From Octopus bimaculoides (taxonomy: Eukaryota): a stretch of DNA of 64,000 nucleotides. Every line of letters starts with the position of its first letter. Position 1 is the first letter of the stretch. This document shows, in pieces, positions 1 through 13,734 of this stretch. The position numbers and the translations under genes are program-made. The stretch spans positions 2,676,037 through 2,740,036 of the forward strand of contig NC_068996.1 of NCBI RefSeq assembly GCF_001194135.2, given 5' to 3'. The notes beneath the pieces are model-generated. The model had not been told where the DNA came from and made no database searches. It saw nothing but the letters and a program-made list of their open reading frames with translations.

Positions 1-436
1 ACATCATTCTCACAGCCAAACCAACAAGCACACCAATCTCATAATTTAAGAATTAGTACAGTTGCACCTATCTCACACCTTAATAACTACATCAATCACA
101 TCAGTCACATAACTAATTCATTAATTACACCAATTAACATCAATATCCTGATTTAATTACATCACTCTCACATATCAACTAACTTCATCATTTTTACATT
201 AATTAAATAAATAAAAATGACAGTTTACCTCTTCGTCTCCCCAATATTCTAAATGTAAACTTGTTGAAATTAAATAATTCTGCATTTTATTTCCTTTTGA
301 ATATTGATTTGTAATTTTTGTGTTGTTTTAGTTGTTGTTGTTGCCTTTTTTTCACTGTATTTTACTCACACCCCATTACCTTTTCATTTTGTTGTTTTTT
401 TTTCTTTTTTTTTTTTTTGTATTATTGTAATTTCAG

Positions 437-517
437 TTGGAATCTTTCTTCGCTTTGCCCCGTTCTGAGCAAAAGTTTATTCCACGACCAGAAAAGACTC
501 TAAAGTTACTGCTCAGT
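437..517 (+). CDS. MICU3: Candidate alternative exon of the MICU3-like gene; 81 nt, phase 0/0
   Basis: Long U-rich tract then gtaatttcag|TTGGAA, donor CTCAGT|gtatgt. Open frame LESFFALPRSEQKFIPRPEKTLKLLLS. Same first 6 nt, splice contexts and L-E-x-hydrophobic-F start as exon 32465. Confidence 0.6.
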
Positions 518-1137
518 GTATGTCAGGTGTTTTATTTTTTTGGGGTTATGTTTTGTTTTGAAATGATTTGATTTTAGTTTGTTTTTTTTTTTCTTCTTTT
601 AAATTTTCTCTTGTTTTCTTATGATTATCATCCCCACCTCTTTGAAAGATAAAATAAACTCAGCCTTGTTGAAGAAGAAAAGTAATGTATTTAGAAATGG
701 TGTTATATATTTTTAAATAATATATATATATATATATAATAGAATATAAGGATATAAGCCTGCTATAACTATTTATAGGCAATTTATACATTAAATTAAT
801 AATATACATATGTATATATTAAGGGAGGAAGGGTGAAGACGACCTATCTCCAGCATGCTGAAGATAGGCCACATATGTATATTGTTATTAATTTAATGTA
901 TATATATGTGTGTGTGTGTATATATCTATATATATGTATGTATATATATATATGTATATATATACACACAGGAAAGATTTAGCATATCTTTATAACTATT
1001 TATTGCCAATTACAATTGTTTCACTACCACTCCATTCCTAAGACCATTACATATGAATAATTCCATGTTAAAAGTTATGTAGTATTAATGTTTTCAAATG
1101 AGTAGCATTTTATCAGACGAGCATCAAAAGTTGCTCT

Positions 1138-1181
<44 letters not shown>

Positions 1182-1746
1182 NNNNNNNNNNNNNNNNNNN
1201 NNNNNNNNNNNNNNNNNNNNNNNNNNNNNNNNNNNNNNNNNNNNNNNNNNNNNNNNNNNNNNNNNNNNNNNNNNNNNNNNNNNNNNNNNNNNNNNNNNNN
1301 NNNNNNNNNNNNNNNNNNNNNNNNNNNNNNNNNNNNNNNNNNNNNNNNNNNNNNNNNNNNNNNNNNNNNNNNNNNNNNNNNNNNNNNNNNNNNNNNNNNN
1401 NNNNNNNNNNNNNNNNNNNNNNNNNNNNNNNNNNNNNNNNNNNNNNNNNNNNNNNNNNNNNNNNNNNNNNNNNNNNNNNNNNNNNNNNNNNNNNNNNNNN
1501 NNNNNNNNNNNNNNNNNNNNNNNNNNNNNNNNNNNNNNNNNNNNNNNNNNNNNNNNNNNNNNNNNNNNNNNNNNNNNNNNNNNNNNNNNNNNNNNNNNNN
1601 NNNNNNNNNNNNNNNNNNNNNNNNNNNNNNNNNNNNNNNNNNNNNNNNNNNNNNNNNNNNNNNNNNNNNNNNNNNNNNNNNNNNNNNNNNNNNNNNNNNN
1701 NNNNNNNNNNNNNNNNNNNNNNNNNNNNNNNNNNNNNNNNNNNNNN

Positions 1747-1795
1747 AATAATGTAACAAATTGTAATTAAAAGCTATATGATACATGCGAAGTGT

Positions 1796-1848
<53 letters not shown>

Positions 1849-2287
1849 CACACACATAAACATGCAATATGCATGTCTATATATTATATGAAATCATTTG
1901 AAGCTGGTCGCCCAGCATGCTCTCACTCTCATAGCTGAAATTAGTAAGAGAATATACACACACACACACATGTGTAAGTGTGTGTGTAGATGTGTGTGTG
2001 TGTGTGTAGATGTGTGTATGTGTGTGTATTTGTATGATAAATATATGTATGTATAGATATGTATATCTGTGTATATGTATGCATGTATTTATATAGATAT
2101 ATATATGTGTGTGTGTGTGTGTGTATGTATATGCAAATAAATGTGTATATATGAATANNNNNNNNNNATAAATAAATATCTTGCGTATATAATAGTAATA
2201 CAATTTTTGCGTAAAGCGTTGAATTTACGTTTAATTACAATAATGTAACAAATTGTAATTAAAAGCTATATGATACATGCGAAGTGT

Positions 2288-2340
<53 letters not shown>

Positions 2341-2690
2341 CACACACATAAACANNNNNNNNNNNNNNNNNNNNNNNNNNNNNNNNNNNNNNNNNNNNNN
2401 NNNNNNNNNNNNNNNNNNNNNNNNNNNNNNNNNNNNNNNNNNNNNAGCTGAAATTAGTAAGAGAATATACACACACACACACATGTGTAAGTGTGTGTGT
2501 AGATGTGTGTGTGTGTGTGTAGATGTGTGTATGTGTGTGTATTTGTATGATAAATATATGTATGTATAGATATGTATATCTGTGTATATGTATGCATGTA
2601 TTTATATAGATATATATATGTGTGTGTGTGTGTGTGTATGTATATGCAAATAAATGTGTATATATGAATATATATTTATGAGAGAGAGAG
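1747..2690. repeat. Near-identical direct duplication (about 1747-2160 vs 2236-2670) around gaps, probable assembly artefact
   Basis: aataatgtaacaaattgtaattaaaagctatatgatacatgcgaag and the downstream agctgaaattagtaagag block both occur twice, adjacent to Ns. Confidence 0.8.
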
Positions 2691-3421
2691 AGAGCAATAA
2701 ATCGTAGGGGTATCTGTGCTTAGGGGACCAGGCCATTTAAAATAAAATACTTTCACTCTTAATACTAATTGAAGTGTTAGTATTAAGTGTGAAGATATTG
2801 TATTGAGTTCAACAGATTGCATTTTGTTGAATTTGCAAAGTTAATAAAACTTTTTAATGTGTGTCTGTGTGTGCATAAAATTTTTTTCTGCTTCAGTTGA
2901 CGATAACCTTTCCTCAAATTTGAGGCCTTGTGCTTATGGTAGAAATTATTTTCCTCCATCTCCATTTATAATTACTATTGTTAGCAGTTTCAAATCCTAC
3001 TATGGTTGACTGTTTTGTTCTGGAGTTTTATTGTTCGAGTAATGTGGTTATGATAAATATTTGTAACTCCAACCACCCCCAAAAATGTTTGCTCTTGTGC
3101 ATGTGTCAGAAACCATATGAATTCAATTATGCCATTTTGCAGACAATTCTGCCTCTTAAATACTTTTAGAACTACGTGACTGCAATTATGTTTTCTACTG
3201 CAAACACATTTTTTTTTTTTAATTCATTTTGTTTTTCACAAGTGTGAAAAAAATAAAATGTTGCAAGTTTATAGGTGCAGGCATGATTATGCTAGTAAAT
3301 TTACTTTGGTACCATTTAGTTACATGTTTTGTCCCACTGCATGGAGACTTAGGCAAGTATTTTACACTTGTCTCAGGCTGGTCAGTACTTTTAATTGAAA
3401 TTAGTCACTCCTAGCAGAAGC

Positions 3422-3475
<54 letters not shown>

Positions 3476-6458
3476 GGTAGTTTTGCTCAAGTATTGTGAG
3501 ATATAACTTTAAAAAAGGTTGTTGTGAAAGGCTGGAACAATGCAAGAAGGTACAAAGTAAATTACAAAAGGAAAAGAAAACAAAACAAAGTTGCAGTTTT
3601 ACTTTGTATTTCGGGGTGAAGAGCCCTTCTTCAGGACTTTTTGTAGAAATACAAAGTAAAGCTGCAACTTTGTTCTGTTTTGTTTACTTTGTACCTTCTT
3701 GTTCTGGTCTTACACAACAACCTTCTTTAAAATAAATAAATAAATGTGTGTGTGTGTGTGTGTGTGTATACTTACTATTTACAAAGGAGCTACTAATAGT
3801 ACCTGCTCCAATGATACAATAATTTGGCAGTGATACAATAACATGCCATGTATTTCACTGCAACCTCTCAGGCTCAGTGCATGTTGTCAAATATATTTAA
3901 AAACTAGGATGTTGGTCCATGGGAAAATAAACGAGAAGGAAATCATGAAGAAACTTGATGGGTTTCAGCCAGTCATTTTCAAATCAGTACATATCTTTAA
4001 GCCAAGTACTTATTGAACTTTGCACAATGTAAATACAGAACCCCATATTTTAAAGAGGAGGCAAACATTGAAATATACAACCATGTGGTAAGCAATAGAC
4101 TTGAAAGTAAGTATGTAGGTCAATATGATTGACTAATACCATTCCGAGTGGTCTTCAGCATGGCTACAATCAAATAATTAAACTAAGTTAAGGAATAAAT
4201 GTAAGTTAAGAGAAGTAAATAAATTCTTCTCAACTGATTTGCTGTGACAATTAAAAACTAAATGGGGTCTCTCGTCTGAAAACTGATTAATTTACATCAT
4301 CCATGCAATTGGTATAGAGAAGCTCCTTGTAGAGAGCAAAATTCAAAGAGAGCTGGTAAGGAAGATAATTCCAATAATATCAGCTACATGAAGATTTTGA
4401 AAAATAAAGATCATGCATGATGATGATGTTGATGCAAATGGTAGTTGTTCTTAGTTTTGAATCCTGCTGTTGTACATATTTCAGTCTTATTAAACCTGTT
4501 CACTATAGCTTACTCTACTCACTTGACAAAATTTAGAAGTGATCAATTCTTTTGGTGGTACACTCATATTGTCTGGCAAAATTAGATGAGGACAAATGTT
4601 TACATTATTTTTATAGCGTATTCTTAGCATTGAATTGTAATAAAGTTATGAAGACAGCCGAATTGGCAAAAACTACCAACCTAAGACAACTTAGTAAATT
4701 AGGGAGGAAAAAAATGCAGTACAGCATATTAGTTGTTATTTTCTGTAGTTTTATTTATTTATCATTATCAAATAATAACATAACTTAGATATGATCCTAT
4801 CTGATAAAATATCATGTTTTTATATTTTTTATTATAATTTATATAATCTTAAAACATATCTTAGTAGAATTTTTATCATTTTTCTTCTCTCTCTCCAGGC
4901 TGAGTTTATACTTATGCTATGATTATTGTATGCTGTATGGATTATTATTGCTGTTACTTTGAAGTACAGAATGAAAATTGCAAAATTTATTGTTGCGCAA
5001 ATGATAGGTGTATTATGCAAAATTGGTCACACAGCTTGATTTTAATGATTGCTTTTGAGCATACACTGTATTTGTTTGTTCTTTACCTTTTTCTTTTTCA
5101 TATTATTGTTTTTGCAGGTTTAGATTTTATCTTATTGTCTTCTGTATCAGCATAACCTATCAACACTAGTTTCCTTACAACATTACGACTATCTGGTAAA
5201 ACAGCTTGTATTTCAACTACAATATTAAGTGTTAGTTATCACTAATGACAAAGGAAACGAAAACACTAAATCCATACCTATTTCACTATGTTCACTTATA
5301 TTTTGTAAGAGAATAATACACTTTATTGAGTTTCAAAGTCATTCACCGTACATTTACGACATGTTTACTGATAATTTAGATTCCACTGTTACAAAATTTG
5401 TTGTAGGTATACTATTGATATTAGTACCATTTATTTTGATGCTTTATGCTACACCAATGAAGTTTGGAAATAAGGTAAAAGTGAATGAAACAGTATGCAA
5501 AGTTTCAAAGAGACTACAGTGACTCTGCCATGACACAATAATGGTTTCTGTTTAAACACAGTCTTAGACTTAGTCAAATGCCAAACAAGTACAACTAAGA
5601 AATGAATAATATGAATTTCACATTCTCTCTGCCACCACATGTGCATATTGGAGGTGAGAAATATTTAAGTATCAGGAGCGACTTATAAACACAAGAGCTA
5701 TGTAACATATCAATCTCAAGAAAAAGATGAGTCAGTTATTTTACTAATTCATAGGTATGTAATTTATATTAGAATTACCATTTCGTTCTTAAAGTTTAAA
5801 CCATTCTTTATATATTACTTTTTAAAGACTTTATCAGTGAATGGTCTCAAATTTTAATGGGGCAAAATTTGTTTGCTGTTTGGAGGTGACTAGATCTTGT
5901 GTGTGAATGAGAGAAATATTGTGATCTGGTACTCATGTTTGTTTACAATTGTGAAAAAGCTGTGTCCAGACTGTTATATAAATGGATTCACTTGTATTCT
6001 TACATCATAATCACATGATGTAACAAAGGTGACTAGGTTGTACAAACATGAAATAAAACTGTGTGTATATACACACACATATGTACGTACATAACACACT
6101 GCCTAAATACCAATCTTGAGAAATTAAGCTTCTCAAACCCAGAAAGGAGAAAGCAAATCCAAAGACCACAGATCCAATCCATCACTGGAACTGTAAAAAT
6201 CTGTAAAACTTTCCAGGAGTGTATCATTTAAATATATATGAGCATAACTAGATATGCAATTATATGCATGAGAATGCATACATAAAGCAAGACATACAAA
6301 TCCGCACGTTTACATACATACAAACAAGCAAAAATGCCCTGTTGTTGATGTTGAATTTCCAGTGGAGGAGTCTTGGATCTAGGTTAGAAACCACTTCTTT
6401 CTCTATTGGCAAAAAATCTTGAAATAAAACTGAACAATAACATACATACATGTGTATG

Positions 6459-6505
<47 letters not shown>

Positions 6506-7321
6506 NNNNNNNNNNNNNNNNNNNNNNNNNNNNNNNNNNNNNNNNNNNNNNNNNNNNNNNNNNNNNNNNNNNNNNNNNNNNNNNNNNNNNNNNNNNNNNN
6601 NNNNNNNNNNNNNNNNNNNNNNNNNNNNNNNNNNNNNNNNNNNNNNNNNNNNNNNNNNNNNNNNNNNNNNNNNNNNNNNNNNNNNNNNNNNNNNNNNNNN
6701 NNNNNNNNNNNNNNNNNNNNNNNNNNNNNNNNNNNNNNNNNNNNNNNNNNNNNNNNNNNNNNNNNNNNNNNNNNNNNNNNNNNNNNNNNNNNNNNNNNNN
6801 NNNNNNNNNNNNNNNNNNNNNNNNNNNNNNNNNNNNNNNNNNNNNNNNNNNNNNNNNNNNNNNNNNNNNNNNNNNNNNNNNNNNNNNNNNNNNNNNNNNN
6901 NNNNNNNNNNNNNNNNNNNNNNNNNNNNNNNNNNNNNNNNNNNNNNNNNNNNNNNNNNNNNNNNNNNNNNNNNNNNNNNNNNNNNNNNNNNNNNNNNNNN
7001 NNNNNNNNNNNNNNNNNNNNNNNNNNNNNNNNNNNNNNNNNNNNNNNNNNTTCTGGTGGAGGTGGTGGAGGGGCTCATCTTTACATTTGTGTGTGATTTT
7101 ACTTTTCAGGTCTCTTTATTTTTTTCTTTCTGCCCATTTTTTTTTTTTTTTTTCCTTAGATATCTCTAACATTGTTTTAGGTCTAGTGGATATGGTAGCT
7201 GTTTCATTCATTGTCATGTGAAAATACTTTTTTCTCTCTCTGCTCTCATGCATTATCATCATCATCATCATTATCACTATTGTCGTTGTCAGCATCATTG
7301 TCACCATGATTATTATTATTG

Positions 7322-7531
7322 AAGTTGTGAGCTGGCAGAATCATTAGCACATCGGACAAAATGCTTAGCAGCATTTCTTTTGACTTGTTATGTTCTAAGT
7401 TCAAATTCCACTGAAGTTGACTTTGCATTTCATCCTTTCAGGGTCAGTAAAATACCTACTGGGATTCGTGTAATGAACTAATTCCTTCCCCAACAAAAAA
7501 ATTGCAGGCCTTGCACCAAAATTTGAAACCA
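7322..7531 (+). mobile_element. tRNA-type SINE, family A
   Basis: Head gagctggcagaatcattagc...gagttcaaattcc-like, central catttcatcctttcagggtc, (ATT)n tail. At least 10 related copies in the window. Confidence 0.85.
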
Positions 7532-7787
7532 TTTATTATTATTATTATTGTTGTTGTTGTTGTTGTTGTTGTTTATTGTCATTGTTATTTTTGTTGTCTT
7601 GTTTTTGTGTGTGTGTTTGTGGTTGCTGGGTACGGGAAGTATGATTAGATTTGATATTAATTTAAGTATTTCTCTTTAATATCTTCTATTTCTTTTTCAC
7701 GTGCCAGATAGCCTTATGGTACATGATTTTCACTCTTTGAAGTTACAACTCTTTAAAACAAAAATAATAATAAAAGAAAGAAATTAG

Positions 7788-7819
<32 letters not shown>

Positions 7820-8581
7820 GTTACTCATGTTGATTTCAATGCCTGAGTGTTTGAACGAAAATGTTTAAAATATATAAATAAAAAGAGAGGATTAAAAAAG
7901 AATCTGCATCTATATGTGATGGATGCTTGGATGTAATTTGAGTCCAGGTATAACATTAATAGAATAATCACATGAACAATAGTAATACTAATCATAGTGA
8001 TAACAATGATGAATAAAATATATTTTGTTTTTCTTGTCATATGTCACACATAATCTCTAATTAGATTGTTAGTAGAGAATGTGTACTTTTCATCATCTCT
8101 GCGCTTGCTATAACTGGATTGTTTATGTACTATTATTACTGTTGGTTTCCACTCAGTGCCATTCACTGAAAAGATAGCTAATCTGAAAGAAGCAGCAGTT
8201 ATAAAATCAGCATGTTGTTTTGTGTTTTCTTTATTACCCTAGTGGCATACTCATGTGGGTGAAAGGTTCCAATCCACTGCATGGCACCTTAAGAAAGTGC
8301 CCTCAATTTTATTCTCTAGTTGACCAATTCTAAGTGTAATGTGGAAGATACAAAACGTGTGGAAGATAAAAAACATGTGGAAGCATGTGTGAATGTGCAT
8401 GCATACATAAATAGATACGCACACATACGTACATGTTAGTATATATAATATTCTGACCTGGTAATTGGTTTGCATACAATCATGAGAGAGCCCAGTGTCA
8501 GATACAGTGTGTTGTATATCTGGATTTACTGATGTTCTTACATGCTGCCCCCATGCTGAACCAATTATGTATGTATCTATT

Positions 8582-8620
<39 letters not shown>

Positions 8621-9164
8621 ATACATATGTCTGTATGTTTGTATATATGTATGTATTTTTATCTTTGGCAAGAACTTAAGTGTACCCTCTATTGTGTAGT
8701 AGTTAGTTTTGTAGATGGGCTGCTTTTGTATCCCCAGAATGCATGAAGAGGGGAAGGTGGAAACCTAAAGCAGCTGGAGATGGAACTGCTTTCATTGTAC
8801 AGTTTGGGTTGAGTTAGCTACCAAAGGAAGTAAGAATCGTAAAAGATGCTGGGTCTCGATTGTCAAGTTTGTTGATACACTGCTTGTAGAGTAAGTAAAC
8901 CTTGAGTTAATATAATCATTGTAGTTTAGTTTTTATACTGATATTTCTACAACATTAATGAGTAATAGAAATAGAACGATATTTTCTTGGATATATTTTT
9001 GTTCTAAATTTCTATATATGTATCTAAGAAATCTGGTGAACTGCATGACTGCCAGTTGGATGGCATTTTCATATTTCTTTAATTACTGTGTGTGTGTATA
9101 TATATACACATATGTATACTTAATATGTATTGGTGTGTCATATATATGCACTTACATCTGGCTC

Positions 9165-9290
9165 AGTCCAACTTCCAAGCACCTACAGCAAGTGTTTTCC
9201 ACTATGGTCTTAGGTAAACCAAAGTTGAGATTTTGTAAATAGAAATTGATAAAAGCCATCATACATACATAATACATACATACATATATA
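9165..9290 (+). mobile_element. Decayed 5' half of SINE family B
   Basis: gcacctacagcaagtgttttccactatgg...agaaattgataaaagccatcatacata parallels the family B copy at 34734. Confidence 0.55.
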
Positions 9291-10039
9291 TAGTAGAAAC
9301 AACATGCACTGAGGAATTCCTAACATAGATCCAGTGAGGATTGTGCAATTACTGTGGATGGCGCCAGGTGAAAGTGCTTTGTCAGCATATTACTGGAGAC
9401 GTACCCAACAAGCAGAGTTTAAATTCAAATTTAAACTTGAATTCTAAATAACATATTTATATAATGTGGATGGCTAATTCACAATTTCACAACTGAAAGG
9501 CAGAAATGTATACATCACTAAACTGACAAAAGACTCTAATCAGCACAGTATTCTGTGGCTATGAATTGTTTTGACTCTTGTTTCTAGCAATACTGATGCT
9601 TCATTAGTGCCCCTTTGTCACTTTTGTGATGCATATATATATATATGTAGCATTCCATATATGTTATTTAACAAGGGTTTTGGAAAGCATCCTGTGTAGA
9701 TGTATAGTGCTAAAAAAGAGTAGAATTATATCAGTAGCTGGTGCAAAGCAACTAGCTGTGGCAGTGGAGTTTCTAAATCCAGATTTCAGCTTCTTTCAGT
9801 GTCATCAATAGCAAGTATCCACTGGCAACTGCATGCTTGGATAAATTCGGCTTCTGCTGAAATACACAGCAAGTGCTTAACAAATTTCTGGTGTCACAAG
9901 TAGCTGCCAAGCGTGATAAAAATTCAGTTATAGAAACAGTGTTTAGTGTGTGTGTAATATTTGTGTGCACTGCATATTAGTGATAGAGTATTACTGACAA
10001 ACTTGATTACAAAAACGACCACATGTAACAAACAGAAGA

Positions 10040-10812
10040 AAAGCATTCAGTTGTATAGGTTATAGCCAATGTATAGTTGTAGACAATGAGAGTTTTGTAA
10101 AGAAGCACTCTACAACCAAAGTGAATGGAGTCTGTGAGAGAGGACGATCAAGAAAGTTTTAGAGTTGTGAAGACTGATCTGAAGATGTTGTATCTCACAA
10201 GGGAGATGACAAAGGATCATGCCTGTTGGGGATGTGCAATTCTGGAGAGGACCCAACTATGGAGAAGATCTTGCTAGCTGAGCATGTTTGGGGAATTGAA
10301 TTGTTTTAAATGTTTGTCATAACAAAGGCTGAGTGGCATGGGTGAGCAATATGCTGTGCTTGAGAAGACCTGAGTTGAGTTGAGTGAAATTGTTGTCAAG
10401 GCCGATGCCAGTACCTACTGACTGGCCCCTGTGCTGGTGGCATGTAAGAGGCATCATTCGAGTGTGATTGATGCCAATGCCACCGGACTGGCTTTTGTAC
10501 TGGTGGCATGTGAAAAGCACCATATGAATGTGGTCAAGGCCAGTGCTACTTGACTGGTTCCCATGTCGGTGGTATGCAAAAATCACCATTCAAGCCTAGT
10601 CGATGCCAGTGACACCTGCCTGGCTCCCATGCTGGTGGCATGTAATAAGCACCCACTACACTCTTGGTTGGTGTTAGGAAGGGTATCCAGCTGTAGAACT
10701 CTGCTAATTCAGACTGGAGCCTGCTGCAGCTCTCCAGCCTTGCCAGTCCTCAATCAAACCATCCAACCCATGCCAGCATAGAAAGCAGACGTTAAATGAT
10801 GATGATGATGAT
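10040..10812 (+). mobile_element. Decayed 3' end of RTE-type LINE with repetitive 3' UTR and (GAT)n tail
   Basis: Shares gttaggaagggtatccagctgtagaactctg...gacgttaaatgatgatgat with the RTE copy at 13735. About four 65-bp UTR units. Confidence 0.8.
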
Positions 10813-10869
10813 ACACACACATTTTTATACGTGTGACATCTAAAGTGTACCAAGTTATAATGCTTTCTT

Positions 10870-11245
10870 CCTTGTTTTATGGAGCTGATACTTGAACAGT
10901 CTACGAAGCTCAAGTAGACAAGCTATGTACATGTATGATGAGACATTTGCGACAAATCATGGCAAGGTCAGCAATGAAATGATCCTTCTGGTGTGGCTGT
11001 CTGCCTCCTGTGATGGAAATCTTCATAGATAGAAATTTACATTGGTAGGGTCACACACACAGGATGGACAACAACAGACTCCCTAACTAAATCCGTTACA
11101 AGGGAAAAAGAAACCATGCAAGACCTAGGCTGAGGTCTTCAAAGATGCTGCAAAAAAGGAATATGAAATGGAAAGGAATTGATCATAATAAATGGCAAAC
11201 TCAAGCAAAGAAACAAACAGTATGGAAAAAGCTAATCAAGTCATA
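10870..11245 (+). mobile_element. Decayed LINE (RTE-like) C-terminal fragment
   Basis: Remnant peptides ARPRLR and FKDAAKRNMKWKGIDHNKWQTQAKKQTVWKKLI, separated by a 1-nt frameshift, resemble the GRPRLRFKD C-terminus of RTE ORFs. Confidence 0.6.
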
Positions 11246-11425
11246 CCAAGCCATGAACAGTCATAGCTGAATATATATATATATATATACACGTTTGTGT
11301 TTGTCCTCTCCACTGCTTGACAACCAGTGTTGGTTTGTTTACATAGCCATAACTTAGTTTAGCAAAAGATATCAGTAGTACTGGCAGAGTCATCAAGTTC
11401 ATCTTATGTAATTGTGAGTGGGGGG

Positions 11426-11478
<53 letters not shown>

Positions 11479-11582
11479 TATGCCTGTTTTGATGGCTGTG
11501 ATTGAGTGTTACTGTCATGCAGGTGCTGTTGTTCATTTCCAGTGTTTCCTGAAAACTGAGTCTGGCCATGTGAAACATTACC

Positions 11583-12268
11583 TTACTCTCTTATTTGTTT
11601 CAGTCATTTGATTGCTGCCATACTGGAGCACCACCTTTTAATTGGACAATTCGACCCCAGGACTTGTTCTTTGTAAGCCTAGTACTTATTCTATCAGTCT
11701 CTTTTGCCAGACAGCTAAGTTACAGGAACGTAAACACACCAACATCAGTTGTCAAGCGATGGTGGAAGGACAAACACAGACACACAAATACACACACACA
11801 CACACACACACACACACCATCATCATCATCATCATTTAACATCCGTGTTCCATGCAAGCATGGGTGGGACAGTACCACAAGAGCCACCCAGGCCAAAGCC
11901 TACACCAGACTTCTGTAACTGTTTTGGCAGGATTTTTACTGCTGGATGCCCTTCCTAACACCAACCATTCAGCAGAGTGGACTTAGTGCTTTTTATGTGG
12001 CACAAGTAGAGGTGAGGATTTTACTGCTGGATACCCTTCCAAACACCAACCACTTTACAGTAAGGACTGGGTACTTTTAAGTGGAACCTGCTTTGACATG
12101 GTAATGACAGGCTTCTTTCAGTTTTCATCTACCTCATCCACTCGCAAGGCTTTGGTTGGTGTGAGGCTATAATAGGAGACATTTGCCCAAGGTACCATGT
12201 AGTGGGACTGAACCTAAAACCATGTTGTTGGGAAGTAACCTTCTTACCACACAACCACTCTTGCACCT
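11583..12268 (-). mobile_element. SINE family B interrupted by an RTE 3'-UTR fragment (11818-12095)
   Basis: 3' half at 11583-11815 and 5' half at 12106-12268 match the reverse complement of the full copy at 34734-35165. The intervening sequence is a reverse RTE tail starting with (CAT)n. Confidence 0.8.
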
Positions 12269-12290
12269 TGGTAATATCTCTGGGAAGTGT

Positions 12291-12480
12291 GGCGAGCTGG
12301 CAGAATCGTTAGCATGCTAGGCAAAATGCTTAGTGGTATTTTGTCTGCCATTACATTCTGAGTTCAAATAACGTCAAGGTCAACTTTGCCTTTAATCCTT
12401 TTGGGGTTTATTAAATTAGTACCAGTTATGCACTGGGGTCGGTGTAATCTGTCCTTGTGGGTAATAAAGAAATAAATATT
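12291..12480 (+). mobile_element. SINE family A
   Basis: ggcgagctggcagaatcgttagc...ctttgcctttaatccttttgggg...accagttatgcactggggtc. Confidence 0.85.
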
Positions 12481-13734
12481 TCTAGGAAGCACAGTCAGGT
12501 GTAGAAAAACTGCCACAACAAATTTCATCTGAGCCATGTAAGCATAGAAGAGTGGAAATTAAAATAAGAATAACGATGATAATATGTATTGTTTGTGCAT
12601 ATATGTTTTCCTCTCTCCATCCAGAGACCTTTTCAACATCCAAGATACAAGACTTTATCTCTGTCCTCATGAGCATGAATAAATTTTGACAGAGTGATCA
12701 AGAGCTTCCTAGCAGCAACATTCAGCGCTAGTTCTTTATGACCATTATTCCTTCATTACATTTCTGGCTTTTCTTTTATTTTCTTACATTTCTATTTTCC
12801 ATCTAAATTATAAACGCATTCCCCTACACCTTTCTCTCCCTCATTCTCCTTATCATAGTCCTCTGTCTCTCTCCATCTCCTACATATCTACCATATGATG
12901 CTTCAGGCTGCTATATATTTGAGTTTACAAGAGATTTTATTGTGGGACGGCCAAGTTATACTAAGGGACATAACTCTGACTTTGAATGCCTTGGTGCATT
13001 TGTACATATTTTAACCTAAGCATGTCTCCCTTGTTCCTTTGTTCCTGTTTGGCAGAAGACTAGCAGCTTATTTTTACCATTGTCCTTCTCCCTTATCTCA
13101 TGACTATTCTTATATTGTTTGGAGCAATACCCTGGTTATACTTTGGTTATACTTTTACCAGTCAACCATGTCTAATGGTTATTTAATCTTCTTTGATTCC
13201 ACATGACTTCAACCAGTAACTTTGGTTGAAAACAGTTTTTAGTTTATAGTATTGTATTAAAACTATACCCTATATCCTCCCTAATTATATATGATATGCT
13301 TTTTTGTTCTGACTAAAAAACTACATGTGTGTGTGTGTGTGTGTGTGTGTATGTATACACACACACACACACTCATTCATTCATTGTATCCATAAAGTCA
13401 TGGTGGAATTTCAAAACTATTTAATGATGTAACTTGCAACACTACACATTTCGTATCCCTGTTGAATAAGACACCAACTAATAAAGTTTACATACAGTTT
13501 AGAGCAGTTCAATGTCACTTCCATTCTTTAAGCTACATACATTTAATTGATACCCTAGTTCTTGTCACACTTGGCTTTATGGACATATATTTGTATGTAT
13601 ATACATACGTAGAAAAGGTGCTCGATCTGTAGAATAGGCGTAGGTTGAAACTCCATAAGTTGTACCCAGTGTAAGCTATGAACACATAAGAGGTGCAGCA
13701 ATATCAAAGGAAGGCTAACTGGGAACATAGTTTT

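Noticed and set aside
1003-1048. Minus-strand CTTAGGA...GAAACAATTGTA with palindromic stem III
   Set aside because: Core mismatch and stems I and II barely pair; at best a very decayed relic.
5229-5522. 97-aa ORF with a hydrophobic, transmembrane-like stretch
   Set aside because: GTG start, no recognisable family and no convincing splice context; expected by chance in AT-rich DNA.
8803-8890. Acceptor plus 88 nt plus GTAAGT with one open frame (WVELATKGSKNRKRCW...)
   Set aside because: Has a stop in the phase-0 frame required here and no MICU similarity.
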